Assembly (NCBI RefSeq): GCF_964213995.1
Contig: NC_135811.1
Span: 51,832,001-51,896,000, forward strand
Source of the DNA: Mustelus asterias
Taxonomy: Eukaryota
Direction: 5' to 3'
DNA length: 64,000 bases
The stretch's first letter is position 1. Each line of letters starts with the position of its first letter. A program made the position numbers and the translations under genes. Shown piece after piece: positions 37,514 to 50,321 of this stretch. The notes beneath the pieces are model-generated. The model saw only the letters and a list, made by a program, of their open reading frames with translations. It had not been told where the DNA came from and did no database searches.

Positions 37514-39124
37514 AGTGGAGAAATGCTCACAAACAGGGCATACAGAGACACAAACTCAATTTACAGAATAATGATTAGAATGCAGTCTTTACAGATAATC
37601 AAGTCTGAAAGGTACAAACAATGTGAGTGGAGAGAGCATTAAGCACAGGTTAAAGAGATAGAACATAAAACATAGAAAAAATACAGCACAAACAGGCCCT
37701 TCGGCCCACAAGTTGCGCCGGTCATGTCCCTACCTACATAGGCTTATATATAGGCTTACCTATAACCCTCAATCCTATTAAGTCCCACGTACTCATCCAG
37801 AAGTCTCTTGAAAGACCCTACCGAGTTTGCCTCCACCACCACTGACGGTAGCCGATTCCACTCACCCACCACCCTCTGAGTGAAAAACTTCCCCCTGACA
37901 TCTCCTCTGTACCTACTCCCCAGCACCTTAAATCTGTGCAGCTGATATGTATTGTCTCCAGACAGGACAGCCAGTGAGATTCTGCAAGTCCAGGCAAGCT
38001 GTGGGGGTTACAGATAGTATGACATGAACCCAAGATACTGGTTGAGGTCATCCTCATGTGTGCGGAACTTGGCTATCAGTTTCTGCTCAGCGACTCTGCG
38101 CTGTCGTGTGTTGTGAAGGCCGCCTTGGAGAACGCTTACGCGAAGATCAGAGGCCGAATGCCCGTGACTGCTTAAGTGCTCCCCAACAGGAAGAAAACAG
38201 TCTTGCCTGGTGATTGTCGAGCAGTGTTCATTCATCCGTTGTCGCAGCGTCTGCATGGTTTCCCCAATGTACCATGCCTCGGGGCATCCTTCCCTGCAGC
38301 ATATCAGGTAGACAACGTTGGCCGAGTTGCAAGAGTATGTACCGTGTACGTGGTGGATGGTGTTCTCACGTGAGATGATGGCATCTGTGTCGATGATTCA
38401 GCACATCTTGCAGAGGTTGCTGTGGCAGGGTAATGTGGTGTCGTGGTCACTGTACTCCTGAAGGCTGGTAGTTTGCTGCGGACAATGGTCTGTTTGAGGT
38501 TGTGTGGTTGTTTGAAGGCAAGAAGTGGGGGTGTGGGGATGGCCTTGGCGAGATGTTCGTCTTCATCAATGACATGTTGAAGGCTCCGGAGGAGATGCCG
38601 TAGCGTCTCCGCTCCGGGGAAGTACTGGACGATGAAGGGTACTCTGTCCACCGTGTCCCGTGTTTGTCTTCTGAGGAGGTTGGTGCGGTTTTTCGCTGTG
38701 GCGCGTTGGAACTGTCGATCGATGAGTTGAGCGCCATATCCTGTTCTTATGAGGGCATCTTTCAGCGTCTGGAAGTGTCTGTTGCGTAAGCGTTCTCCAA
38801 GGTGGCCTTCACGACACACGACAGCGCACAGTCGCTGAGCAGAAACTGATAGCCAAGTTCCGCACACATGAGGACTGCCTCAAACGGGATCTTGGGTTCA
38901 TGTCACACTATCTGTAACCCCCACAGCTTGCCTGGACTTGCAGAATCTCACTGGCTGTCCTGTCTGGAGACAATACACATCTCTTTAATCTGTGCTTAAT
39001 GCTCTCTCCACTCACATTGTTTATACCTTTAAGACTTGATTGTCTGTAAAGACTACATTCCAATCATTATTCTGTAAATTGAGTTTGTGTCTCAGTCGGG
39101 CCTGTTTGTGAGCATTTCTCCACT

Positions 39125-39161
39125 CCACCTGACGAAGGGGCAGCGCTCCGAAAGCTACTGG
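39125..39161 (+). ncRNA. Minimal hammerhead motif with a stem I mismatch next to the cleavage site
   Basis: ccac CTGACGAA ggggcagcgctcc GAAA GCTA ctgg; C39158 replaces G. Confidence 0.65.
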
Positions 39162-40328
39162 CATTTGCTACCAAATAAACCTGTTGGACTTTACCCTGGT
39201 GTTGTTAAACTTCTTATCATAAAACATCTCAAGGTGCAACATTATCAAACAGAATTTGCTACCAAGCCACGTAAGGAATTGATGCAGGTGATCAAAAGCT
39301 TGGAAAAAGAGGAAGATTTTAAATATTATAAAGGAGAAAGCCAGAGAAGTAAGAGGGACTTAGGGAGGGAGCCTTAACCTCTAGAGGGAAACCCCCTGAC
39401 CTGTGAAATAATTTCCCCTTTTATATTTTAATTTGAAATAATGAATCCTGAAAGTTTCGAAGTCCTTGGATATTTGACGGGTTCAGATGATCTAACAAGC
39501 AGCGAGAGCAAAGCTGAAAGCTTTAGAAATTCTCATCGATATCCTGAGGCAAGATTGTTGCTTTATAATCATTCCAAGCAGCTGTCATTCTTCAAGCAGT
39601 ATGTCCCATGGACTCCACGCAGTATGGCTCCATTCCACGGGCTGGTTGTAAGCTGAAAATAAACCTCTAGTGTCCATCGTGACTGAAAGTGTAATAACAC
39701 TCGACATTGAAGTATTAATGACTCTTGCCAATTCACTTTAACAGTCTATATTTTAATTAAACATGGGGAACTGAAATGTGGATGTTTTAATATTAATGGC
39801 AATATATTATCAGTGTTTAATTAATCAGTTGTTATAACAAGTAAAACACAAATACAAGGAAAGGCAATCTGGCAGTTTAGCTGAAGAAGCCACATTTTGA
39901 ATAAAGCCGAGTTAGCGGCAATCTTTGTTATATGACTGGGATTGTTAATTATAGGTGTAACAACTGTAGAAATTCAGCTAAATACCACTTTCCTGTCACC
40001 AACGCTTTATTGTGAACCAAAGGAAAAGGCCACACCCGTAGCTTACAGTCAGGTAGTCTTCCCTTCACAACCTACAACCCCGCTCTGGGTAAGGTCACAG
40101 GCTTTACAATGGCTGTTTCCCATTGGGCAAGCTTTCACTCGCTAAATAAGGCAGCTCATACTCCACAAAGCCCATGGGTGGATCTATTGCTAATCCCCCA
40201 TGGCATTTGTGGCTTTCATAACAACAACAATTTGCATTCAAATAGGGCCTTTAATCTGATAGCATCCCAAGGTGGAATAGGGCGGCATTTTGGCACAGAG
40301 GTTAGCAGTGCTGCCTCACAGTGGCAGG

Positions 40329-40402
40329 CATGATGTGGAGATGCCGGCGTTGGACAGGGGTAAACACAGTAAGAGTTTTACCTGGTGTTGTTAAAACTCT
40401 CT
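40329..40402. mobile_element. 74-bp Penelope-like terminal insertion inside a SINE head, with a 10-bp target-site duplication
   Basis: catgatgtggagatgccggcgttgg...aagagtttta plus inverted cctggtgttgttaaaactct. Flanked by cagtggcagg at 40319-40328 and 40403-40412. Confidence 0.8.
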
Positions 40403-40686
40403 CAGTGGCAGGGCCAGAGTTCGATTCCCAGCTTGGGTCTTGGGTCACTGTTTGTGCGAAGTCTAGGAATGCTGGACAACTTTAAACTTTAACTCTGCTG
40501 GATAGAAATATCAGACTCTCTTGAGCTTAACTCCGTTTTCACTGATTTGAGATTACTTCTACATGGAAGTTTTGTTTGTGGAGTAAGGAGAGTACACACT
40601 GTCGACATGCTGTTTGCGATGAAGAGGAACAAATGAAATTCCAGAATATTGGGACTCTGAGGAAAGGAAGCTGAGGCATTTTTGAA

Positions 40687-40965
40687 GGGTGGCAGAGTGG
40701 TTAGCACTGCTGCCTCACAGCACCTGGGTTCGAGTCCCGGCTTGGGTCACTGTCTGTGCGGAGTCTGCACATTCTCCCCGTGTCTGTGTGGGTTTCCTCT
40801 CACAATCTGAAAGACGTGCTGGTTAGGTGCATTGGCCATGCTAAATTCTCCCTCAGTGTACCCGGACAGGCGTCGGAGTGTGGCCACTAGGGAATTTTCA
40901 CAGTAACTTCATTGCAGTGTTAATGTAAGCCTACTTATGACACTAATAAATCAACTTTAACTTTA
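40687..40965 (+). mobile_element. SINE type B ending about 40 nt upstream of the exon acceptor
   Basis: Full type B copy. Confidence 0.85.
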
Positions 40966-40966
40966 A

Positions 40967-41146
<180 letters not shown>

Positions 41147-41787
41147 TAAGCTTCCATCAGATAACCTCATGGGACATAAAAGAAACACTGGGAAACTGAG
41201 ACAGAAGCAAAGAGTCTGATATGAAACCGGTTTGCATTGTATTGGGTCACCCTCTGTCTCTGCCCCTGACATAACAGGTACTTCTCACACATTCTAGCCT
41301 ATATTCCCCTTGATTAGTGTCTCTCCTCTTTCTGTCTCTGATAAAATGTCGCCTATTCTCATGACAATCTTTCCTGTTTTCTCTCTGATACGGTCTAATC
41401 TATTTTATTCTATCCTAATTCATTACTGAGAGTGGTTTTAATGTGGAACTTGCTACCACATTGGACAATCAAGGCAAATGGCTGAGATGGATTTAAGTGG
41501 AAACTGGAAAAGTACATAAGGAAGAAATGAATAGAAGGATCTACTGATAGGGCCAGATGGAATAAGGTGAAAGGAGGCTTGTCAGGAGGAGCAGCATAGG
41601 CTACTCTGAGCGAGTTGACTGTTTTTGTGCTGTAAGTTCTTTGTAAAACTATGATGGCCAGATATACATTTATCTTTAGATTCATTTACTCATTTGGTTC
41701 CATCAAATATTTATCCTACAGTTTACTGCAATCAGGTGGCACGGTGGTTAGCTCTGCTATGACTATGGTCAGATACCCCACACTCGG

Positions 41788-42132
41788 GAGGCAATGGCCT
41801 AGTGGTATTATCCCTAGTCTATTAATCCAGAAACTCAGCTAATAATCTGGAGAACCGGGTTCGAATTCAGCCACGGCAGGTGGTGGAATTTGATTTCAAT
41901 AAAAAATATCTGGAATTAAGAATCTACTGATGACCGTGAAACCAGTGTCGATTGTCAGAAAAATCCATCTGGTTCACTAATATCCTTCAGGGAAGGAAAT
42001 CTGCCGTCCTTACCTGGTCTGGCCGACATGTAACTTCAGGTGTGGTTGACTCTCAGCTGCCTTCGGGCAACTAGGGATGGGCAGTAAATGATGGCCAGCT
42101 AGTGATGCACCTGTCCCATGAATGAATAAAAG
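41788..42132 (+). mobile_element. MER131-like tRNA-derived SINE with a CR1-type tail
   Basis: A box tggcctagtgg, B box ggttcgaattc, core ccatctggttcactaat.tccttcagggaaggaaatctgccgtccttacctggtctggcc. The tail gggatgggcagtaaatg...cccatgaatgaat resembles the reverse CR1 end at about 49090-49340. Confidence 0.6.
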
Positions 42133-43130
42133 AAAACTCTGAAAACAAGTGTAGGATGCCACCCAATACAACTTCTGTTGATGCCTCATCAAATCCCCCG
42201 AGATGCTTATCACATTGTCAGCCAACTGGTCTCACTGGAATTTTGGCTTTCACACAAGGGTTTCCAAACTCCACTCTCAAAGAACACACTTTGGAACCTT
42301 CTCCAACACAACACTTTTTCTTAGATGCCAGATCCACATCCAATCTCTCCTTTCAGTATCCCTCTGCTCTGGATTGCCACATCTATTCAAGCTTCCACAC
42401 AATCATTCAGCCACACCAACAGAAGACCACTACTTTACAGGCTGTATTAAGGTGTCATCGACCTTAGACTCACCTTGGATGTCTTGCTTCTTGCGAGCCG
42501 ACATCTCCAGGTCTGTACCTTGCAGCCCTGTCTTTAACTGGGAGCCTCTTTCTGCTCCTTACTTTAACTGTCTTTGACTCCACAGTCTCCTTGGGACTTT
42601 CCTCTATTCCATTCCCTAGTTTCTGGGACTTTCTATTCTTTAGCTTGGGACTGGTTTTCTGTCCCTGTGCATTATCCTGCCTGTTCTAGCAGTTTCTGTG
42701 GAATTCTCTTGACTCTGGGTTGCCTGGTTCCAAACTGACACTCAACTGTTTCTGCTTTTCGCTGCGAATTTCTGGTTGCTAAGCAACAGCTTAGTTTCCT
42801 TTAAACCCCAGTGATTGCTTTTACGTCATAAAACCATTGCAATGCAGGCAAAATTTGAAGTGAAACTAAACCTACAGACTTGCAGGTACCTTTCTTAACA
42901 TGAAGCCAAACTGAAGTTTTAACCCTTTCTTAGCACACAATTACAAATTACTTACTTAAACTTACTATTCCTAATACGCAGAATAGGAATATGGATTACT
43001 TAAATTATCTTTATTTCCCAGCACTAATCCAAAAAGAGAAGACTGTTATGCTTTTCTCTTTATGTGAAATTACTGAGTAATATGCAACAATCACAATTCA
43101 TTTGGTATCGCACTTCAGAATGGGGGTGAA

Positions 43131-43460
43131 TCATAGGATCCCTACAGTGCAGAAGAGGACCATTCGGCCCATCAAGCCTGCACTGACCACAATCCCACCC
43201 AGCCCCTAGCCCCATGACCTCTCATATTTACCCTGCTAATCTCATTAACCAACACCTATTTTGGACCCTAAGGGGTAAATTAGCTTGGCCAATGAACCTA
43301 ACCTGCATGTCTTTTGGACTGTGGATGGAAACTGGAGCCCCCAAAGGAAACCCACGAAGAGAAAGTGCAAACTCCACGCAGGCAGTCGCCAGAGGCCGGA
43401 ATCGAACCTGGGTCCCTGGCGCTGTGAGGCAGCAGTGCTAACCACTGTGTCACCGTGCCG
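43131..43460 (-). mobile_element. SINE type A
   Basis: Head, core and tail. Confidence 0.85.
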
Positions 43461-45059
43461 CACACATTTTGCTGGATATTCCAAACTCAACTGAATGTTG
43501 TCACTCAATCTCCCCAGTTGCACAGCTAAACAAATGGAGCATTAATCCTTCCTGATAACCCATTTGAAGCAATGAGGAAATATAATTCAAAAGCCAAACA
43601 CGTCTCTTTTTTTCTCTTGGGACATTTATAGATTTAACAGGAGAAATCAAAGCTTGATATTCAGCGAGATCTGTATATGTTGAAATCATATCAGAAATTC
43701 CAACCAGATCCCTCTTCCCAACCAAGTGAAACACTAGTCCTGATACCAGAAGCTGAAGTAACTCATCCCAGCACAAGCAGCTGACAGATCGCTCGCTGTC
43801 TATGTTGCCTATCATTTTTTATTACGCAGTTTCACGCCTAGCACATTTCATTAACAGATTCTAAAGATTCACACTGCAGTAGTTCCAAGATAAATTTCCA
43901 GCGAGCTCGCCCAGAATAACTGCTCCAGTTCTGCTTTAATCTATGATTGATGGGAGTTGGCATGTGGTTGCAGACCTGTTGCTAGAGCATGAACCAGTTG
44001 TTGCAGTAGGAGATTCCTCAGCACCAGAAATCAAACAGCATTATTGTTACACTGATCAGCCAAACAACATAGGCTTAAGAAAATAGTCCTACTAGCTGAG
44101 CTGCAAGGATTTTATTGAAACGTTCAGTAGGGTGAAACAATTATTGATTAATAAATTGGAAGTACTGTGCGGGCCCTCCTTTAGTAACAGATCAGGTCTG
44201 GAATGCTGCCTGCTAAATAGACGTGAGTCCCACCCTGGAAGCAGCAATGTCCTCTCAACGACATGTTTTTGCATAGGCCACAGCTGCTCCGAACATGTCC
44301 TGACCACAGACCTCACACATTGAGGCCGGTTTCATGGAAACATAGAAACTAGAAGCAGGAGTAGGCCATTCGGCCCTTCGAGCCTGCTCCACCATTCACT
44401 TTAATCATGGCTGATCAACGAATTCAATATCCTGATTCCCCGCCGTCCCCCGGGTATCCCTTGATCCCCTTAGTCCCAAGAGCGATATCTAATTTTTTTT
44501 CTTGAAGTCAGTCAATGTTTTGGCCTCAACTATATTCATGCCGCACATTCACCATTCTGATTTGAGTTCTTGAGACGCTTGAGGTGATGCCACAAAAGAC
44601 CCAATGCAGCCCTCTGGGGGAATCTCAGTAATCCAGATCCTGCGCCCAGTATCTCCACAACTCCATGAAGGGATGTGGATGATGGAGCAACCAATCTGGT
44701 GTGATGGTTGCCGAAAGGACAGAGGTGGCACTGGGAGCTGGCATCTTTCCTACTCTCTTCCTAACGAGCTGCAAGTCAAGACACGACTGGGTAGGGTGCA
44801 CCAACTGGACAGGCACTTTACCAATGCATTGTGCTGCTAAACTGCACCATTTTAATCACTTGGCGATCATATAGCCTACACACCTACCAGAGTACATCTG
44901 CATTTATATAAGTGGGTTATATCCTTACAGTAATACAGTGGATTCTCCATTTCGGGCAAACAGGAACTGAACCTGTGTAAATTTATCAGCAACTTGCTTT
45001 GAAGATTTGTAATCAAAGAATCCATCATTTGAAAATACAGTAAAATATGTACAGTTAAG

Positions 45060-46085
45060 CGAGTGAGCAAAACATCTGGCAGATGGAGTATAATGTGGGA
45101 AAATGTGAACTTGTCCACTTTGAGAGGAAGAATAAAAAGCAGCATTTTATTTAAATGGAGAGAGGTTGCAGAACTCTGAGGTACAGAGGAATCTGGGTAT
45201 CCTGGTACATGAATCACAAAGTTAGTACGCAGGTACAGCAAGTGGTGTGGAAGGCAAATGGAATGTTACGTTTATTGCAAGGGAAATTGAATATAGAAGC
45301 ATAGATGTTTTGCTATAGTTGCTCAGGGCGTTGGTGAGGCCACATCTAAAGTACCATGTACAATTTTGGTCTCTTTATTGAAGAAAATACATAATTGCAT
45401 CAGGAGGAATTCAGAAAAAGTTCACTCAACTGGTTCCTGGGATGAGGGGGTTATTTTATGAGGAAAGGTTGAACAGGTTGAATCTATATCCATTAAAGTT
45501 TAGAAGAATGAGAGGTGATCTTATTGAAACATATAAAATTAGGGTGGCACAGTGGTTAGCACTACTGCCTCACAGCACCAGTGACCCGGGTTCAATTCCA
45601 GCCTTGGGTGACTATGTGGAGTTTACACGTTCTCCCCGTGTCTGCATGGGTTTCTTCTGCTCCGGTTTCCTCCCATACTCCAAAGATGTTCAGGTTAGGT
45701 GGATTGGCCATGCTAATTTGCCCCTATGTGCTGCAGGATATGTTGGTTAGGGGGATTAGCAGAGTAAATATGTGGGATTACAGGAATGGGGCCTGGGTAA
45801 AATGCTCTGTCAGAGTCGGTGCAGACTCGTTGGACCAAATGGCCTCCTTCGGCACTGCAGGGATTCTATTCTTGAGGGGACGTGACATACTAAGAGGATG
45901 TTTTCCTCTGTGGGAGAGATCAGACTGATCAGGTTCTTGACTAATGTGGGAATGGATGGCTATAGGGAGTAACTGAAATGTGGAGTTGAGGTCACAGTCA
46001 GATCAGCCATGATCTTACTGAATGGCAGAGCAGACTCGAGGGGCTGGATGGCCGACTCCTTTTCCTAATGTGTATGTTCATGTGT
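45060..46085 (+). mobile_element. CR1 3' fragment with a nested type A SINE (45542-45870)
   Basis: MRGLFYEERLNRLNLYPLKFRRMRGDLIETYKI is interrupted by a SINE head. Confidence 0.85.
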
Positions 46086-47231
46086 CCATACCCTGGATTT
46101 GTGCTGAAGTATTTTTCTTTCAGAGGTGAACTTCAAATGTGTTTTCAACATGATTTATTAGAGATTTACCTGTATCAGATCTAATTCTTACTGAATGATG
46201 TGTGCCAATGCGTTCCCTCTCTGATTTATTTGCACTATTAAATGTGACTGTAGCAGCATTGATAGTGAGAATATTTTTAGAACTAACTACGCTAAATTAC
46301 TCTCACAGACAGGACAGTTCTAATACAAGGAGAGATCACAGGTCATCCAGTCTGAATTACCCTCAGCAATGAGTTGCAAAGAGAAATCAAGAGATAGGAA
46401 TTTACAGAGGTCAAAATCCTGGAATTCATGATCACCACCCATCTCCGCACCTGGCTGTCTAAACTATTCCTTATCCACTCATCCTATTGCACCAGGGCTG
46501 CACTGGTCAAAGTCAACAGCTGGATTATCCTGTCTGTGCTGCCCAATTTTTCTGTAACTTTCAATGTGGCCCAGTTTCTCTATCCTCCTGTACTCGCTCT
46601 CCTCAGTGCTCTCTAAACCACTGGGTGTGGCCCTCACATCTCCTGCAATCACTTCTTTGCCCACCCCAAAACTGTGTTTTCTGGGTCCGCTCTGATATGC
46701 TGCTCCTCAGTAACGTTACATTGTCCATAAGCAGGACCTTGGCTTCTATTAATGTGCCCGTGGCATCCGCCTCACCCTCTTTGTTCCCATCCTGAATGAC
46801 CCACACTGTTACCCTGATATTCTGCCAAGGGTGAGCTGGAATATTCCACCATTTCTCACCAGGTGAAAACAAAGCGTCTACCAGAAATATTAAACCCGAG
46901 TCCTATTCTATTACTTTGCTCCTTTATCCAGCTCAGACCGATGATGCACTCATTTGTGATCTTTGACGCTGCATTTAGCTTTAACCTTAACATTCCATCC
47001 ATCACCAGGACTATTTGTTCTGCTGCCACCCCTCACCCTTTTCTCTGCACCCCCCCCCCGCACGCACTCTATTGCCTTTTGGAAGTTTCATTCATGCTTT
47101 CATTACTTCAACTTCCCAATTCTCTCCACACTGGCCTAGCAAGTTCAATGCTACACAAATGGCAACATCATCAAATCCTGCTGCCCGTGTCATACACGAC
47201 ACCCGGTCCCACTCGCACATCATCACTGACC

Positions 47232-48110
47232 TCACTGAGATCTCACACACTGCCCCGATCTCACTGAGATCTCACACACTGCCCCTGATCTCACTGGGTT
47301 CTCACACACTGCCCCTGATCTCACTGAGATCTCACACACTGCCCCTGATCTCACTGGGTTCTCACACACTGCCCCTGATCTCACTGGGTTCTCACACACT
47401 GCCCCTGATCTCACTGGGTTCTCACACACTGCCCCTGATCTCACTGGGTTCTCACACACTGTCCCTGATCTCACTGGGTTCTCACACACTGCCCCTGATC
47501 TCACTGGGTTCTCACACACGGGGGGCGAATTTTCCCATTCCGCCCACCACGGGAATCGTAGCGGGTTGACCACGCAAAGTTCTGTTGACCTCGGGTGGAA
47601 TTTTCTGGTTTCAGGGCGAGCGTGGCCGGAAAATTCTGCCCATTGTCCCTGATCTCACTGGGTTCTCACACACTGTCTCCGATCTCACTGGGTTCTCACA
47701 CACTGCCCCTGATCTCACTGGGTTCTCACACACTGCCCGTGATCTCATTGGGTTCTCGCACACTGTCCCTGATCTCACTGGGTTCTCACACACTGCCCCT
47801 GATCTCACTGGGTTCTCACACACTGCCCGTGATCTCACTGGGTTCTCACACACTGCCCCTGATCTCACTGGGTTCTCACACACTGTCCCTGATCTCACTG
47901 GGTTCTCACACACTGTCCCTGATCTCACTGGGTTCTCACACACTGTCCCTGATCTCACTGGGTTCTCACACACTGTCTCTGATCTCACTGGGTTCTCACA
48001 CACTGCCCCTGATCTCACTGGGTTCTCTCACACTGCCCCTGATCTCACTGGGTTCTCACACACTGTCTCTGATCTCACTGGGTTCTCACACACTGTCCCC
48101 ATTCTCACTA
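47232..48110. repeat. 30-bp minisatellite (cactgcccctgatctcactgggttctcaca), about 25 units, split by a MITE
   Basis: Direct tandem units visible by eye: about 9-10 before and 15-16 after 47520-47641. Confidence 0.97.
47520..47641. mobile_element. About 120-bp MITE-like element within the minisatellite
   Basis: gggcgaattttccc...ggaaaattctgccc; homologous to 5765-5890 and 56172-56306. Confidence 0.7.
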
Positions 48111-48689
48111 TGTTCTTTGCCACCCTCCAAGCTAATTGATTATCAAATATTGCCCTTTATCTACAAATTCCCCACGGCCTCACTCCTGCATCCCAGTTCA
48201 CACCCAATACGCTTTCCTCATGGGGCCACTGCTCCAGCACTGACAGCAGAGCTCTCAGCCATTGCACCCGTTGTGTTCTGAGGTTCTCCTAACTCTCACC
48301 TTCGGAAGCTTCACTGGGATGTTCAATGCTGTTAAGTTTGTTCAATATCCATTTGTTTTATCTTTCACTCCAGCTCAGCACTTGCACAGAATCAGGAGAA
48401 TGTATTTTTCAAATTTGTAAAACAATTTAATTGAATTGTAGAACTTTGGCTGTAACATGAATCCGTAAAATATTGTCACTTTAGTCCTTTTAATTCAATA
48501 TGTGCTTGCTTAAAGCACGGTTGCCGAGAAATGTTCTGAATTCTAATCAAATGAAAATATTAATAATCTCAGCAAAGCCTGCACAGATATTCAGTGAAAT
48601 CTGGATTGAAATAAGGAAGAGTTGTATAAACCTAGACTGTGTGTTGGCACTTTAACTCAATCGTTGACACTCTTCTCTCTTCAATACAG

Positions 48690-48779
48690 GCTCTATAGGA
48701 CATTCAAGGACAGCAAATATTTATACATGTTAATGGAGGCTTGCCTTGGTGGAGAGCTGTGGACTATTCTCAGGGACAG
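48690..48779 (+). CDS. PRKG1: PRKG1 internal coding exon (90 nt): hinge region
   Basis: Flanked by ctctcttcaatacag| and |gtatgg. Translates to (R)[29 protein letters not shown](R). Phase 2/2 fits both neighbours. Confidence 0.97.
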
Positions 48780-49602
48780 GTATGGAATGAAAGAAATTAT
48801 TTTTATACAGAATTCACTTTCAATGTCTCTTTGCATTGATCAACATGGCAGCTTTTCAGTTGTTATTTTCAGAGTAGCTGCTTTCTAAGTAACAGCCTTT
48901 GCTCAGTGGGTAGCACTCTTATCTCCAAGTCAGAAGTCTGAGAGTTCAAATCCCATAGCAGACACTTGACCACATAATCCAAGCTGACCCTCCAGTACAG
49001 TTTTACCAAATGCAAATCCCCAGAGTGACGTTTGAGAGGACAGGAAGCAGGGAGAGTTATTGAGCCAAGAGTTTCAGTTTATTTTTTATTCAGTCAAATG
49101 ATGTGGGTGTCGCTGGCTAGGCCAGCATTTATTGCCCATCCATAATTACCCTTGAGAAGGTGGTGGTGAGCTGCCATATTGAAGTGCTGCGGTGTCTGCA
49201 GTGCAGGTACACCCACAGTGCTGTTAAGGAGGGAGGACCAGGATTTTAACCCAGCGACAGTGAAGGAACGGCCAACATATTTCCAAGTCAGGATGGTGAG
49301 CGGCATGAAAAAGAACTTCCAAGTAGTGTTGTTCCCATGTGATGCTCATTGTTTCATTGAATTGGGTGTAACTGTGTGTGTGGAAGGTCATCTAGATTCG
49401 AAACGTTGGCTCTATTCTCTCCCCACAGATGCTGTCAGACCTGCTGAGATTTTCCAGCATTTTCTGTTTGTGTTTCAGATTCCAGCATCCGCAGTATTTT
49501 GCTTTTATCTTAAGTTTGGTTATGAGGTTGTTTCAGTGTTTGAGCTTTGCTGCTATTTTCCTCAGATGCTCATTGAAGGGCAGAGTCATGTGTAATTGAA
49601 TT

Positions 49603-49946
49603 CATAGAAATCATAGAAACCCTACAGTACAGAAAGAAGCCATTCGGCCCATCGAGTCTGCACCGACCACAATCCCACCCAGGCCCTACTCCCATATCCC
49701 TACATATTTACCTACTAATCCCTCTAACCTACGCATCTCAGGACACTAAGGGCAATTTTTAGCATGGCCAATCAACCTAACCCGCACATCTTTGGACTGT
49801 GGGAGGAAACCGGAGTACCCGGAGGAAACCCACGCAGACACGAGGAGAATGTGCAAACTCCACACAGACAGTGACCCAAGCTGGGAATCGAACCCAGGTC
49901 CCTGGAGCTGTGAAGCAGCAGTGCTAACCACTGTGCTACCGTGCCA
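49603..49946 (-). mobile_element. SINE type A (young, full length)
   Basis: Complete head, core and tail, with an (ttctatga)-type terminal repeat. Confidence 0.88.
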
Positions 49947-50321
49947 TGAGTGTAGACTCACTCCTAGGTTTGTTGAGTTGGGATCATGCTTTAGTCTCTG
50001 GCCATCCTTGCGGATAGGCAGCACGTGACATTATGGGGGTGAAATTCACAGGAGATGCTTTTAGAGGGGTTCGATGTGAGTTGCCATGTGCCACAGTAGT
50101 CCATCCACTTTGCACAGCTTCGTTAAAGATCTGATCCGGAGATCCAAAGGCTGGAACTTTGGTGGTCCAACAGATGTCATCGGCATAGATGGATTTATGG
50201 GATGTGGTTATTGACAGCTGATTTGTATAAATATTGAACAGGGCGAGTATTGAGCCCTGAGCTAATCTGTTGACTGGTCGTCTCCATGCCTTCCTCCCTT
50301 GCCCAAGGTCGACTTTGGTTC

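Larger units (their letters stand above)
37381..39216 (-). mobile_element. Penelope-like retroelement, 5'-truncated, with an inverted terminal copy (38787-39216) and a nested CR1 3' end (about 37660-37938)
   Basis: Minus-strand ORF pieces LKDALIRTGY..RVPFIVQYFPG..PPLLAFKQPHNLKQTIVRSKL (PLE linker) and QTLRQRMNEH..PVGEHLSSHGHSASDLRVSVL..EQKLIAKFRTH (GIY-YIG endonuclease C-half). Flanked by atcataaa(g/a)cat at 37372-37383 and 39216-39227. Confidence 0.92.
46330..48300 (+). mobile_element. Highly decayed L2-like LINE hosting a minisatellite
   Basis: Residual L2 motifs IHAFITS, NSLHTGL, NPAARV..TRSHSHI. Confidence 0.55.

Noticed and set aside
38008-38867. Active Penelope element or a novel nuclease gene
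   Set aside because: 5'-truncated (no RT core), frameshifted between ORF pieces and interrupted by a CR1 insertion.
47015-48281. Long ORFs (up to 228 aa) with 10-aa repeats, or a CRISPR-like array
   Set aside because: A stop-free 30-bp minisatellite opens several frames on both strands. Units are directly adjacent with no unique spacers, and the DNA is vertebrate.
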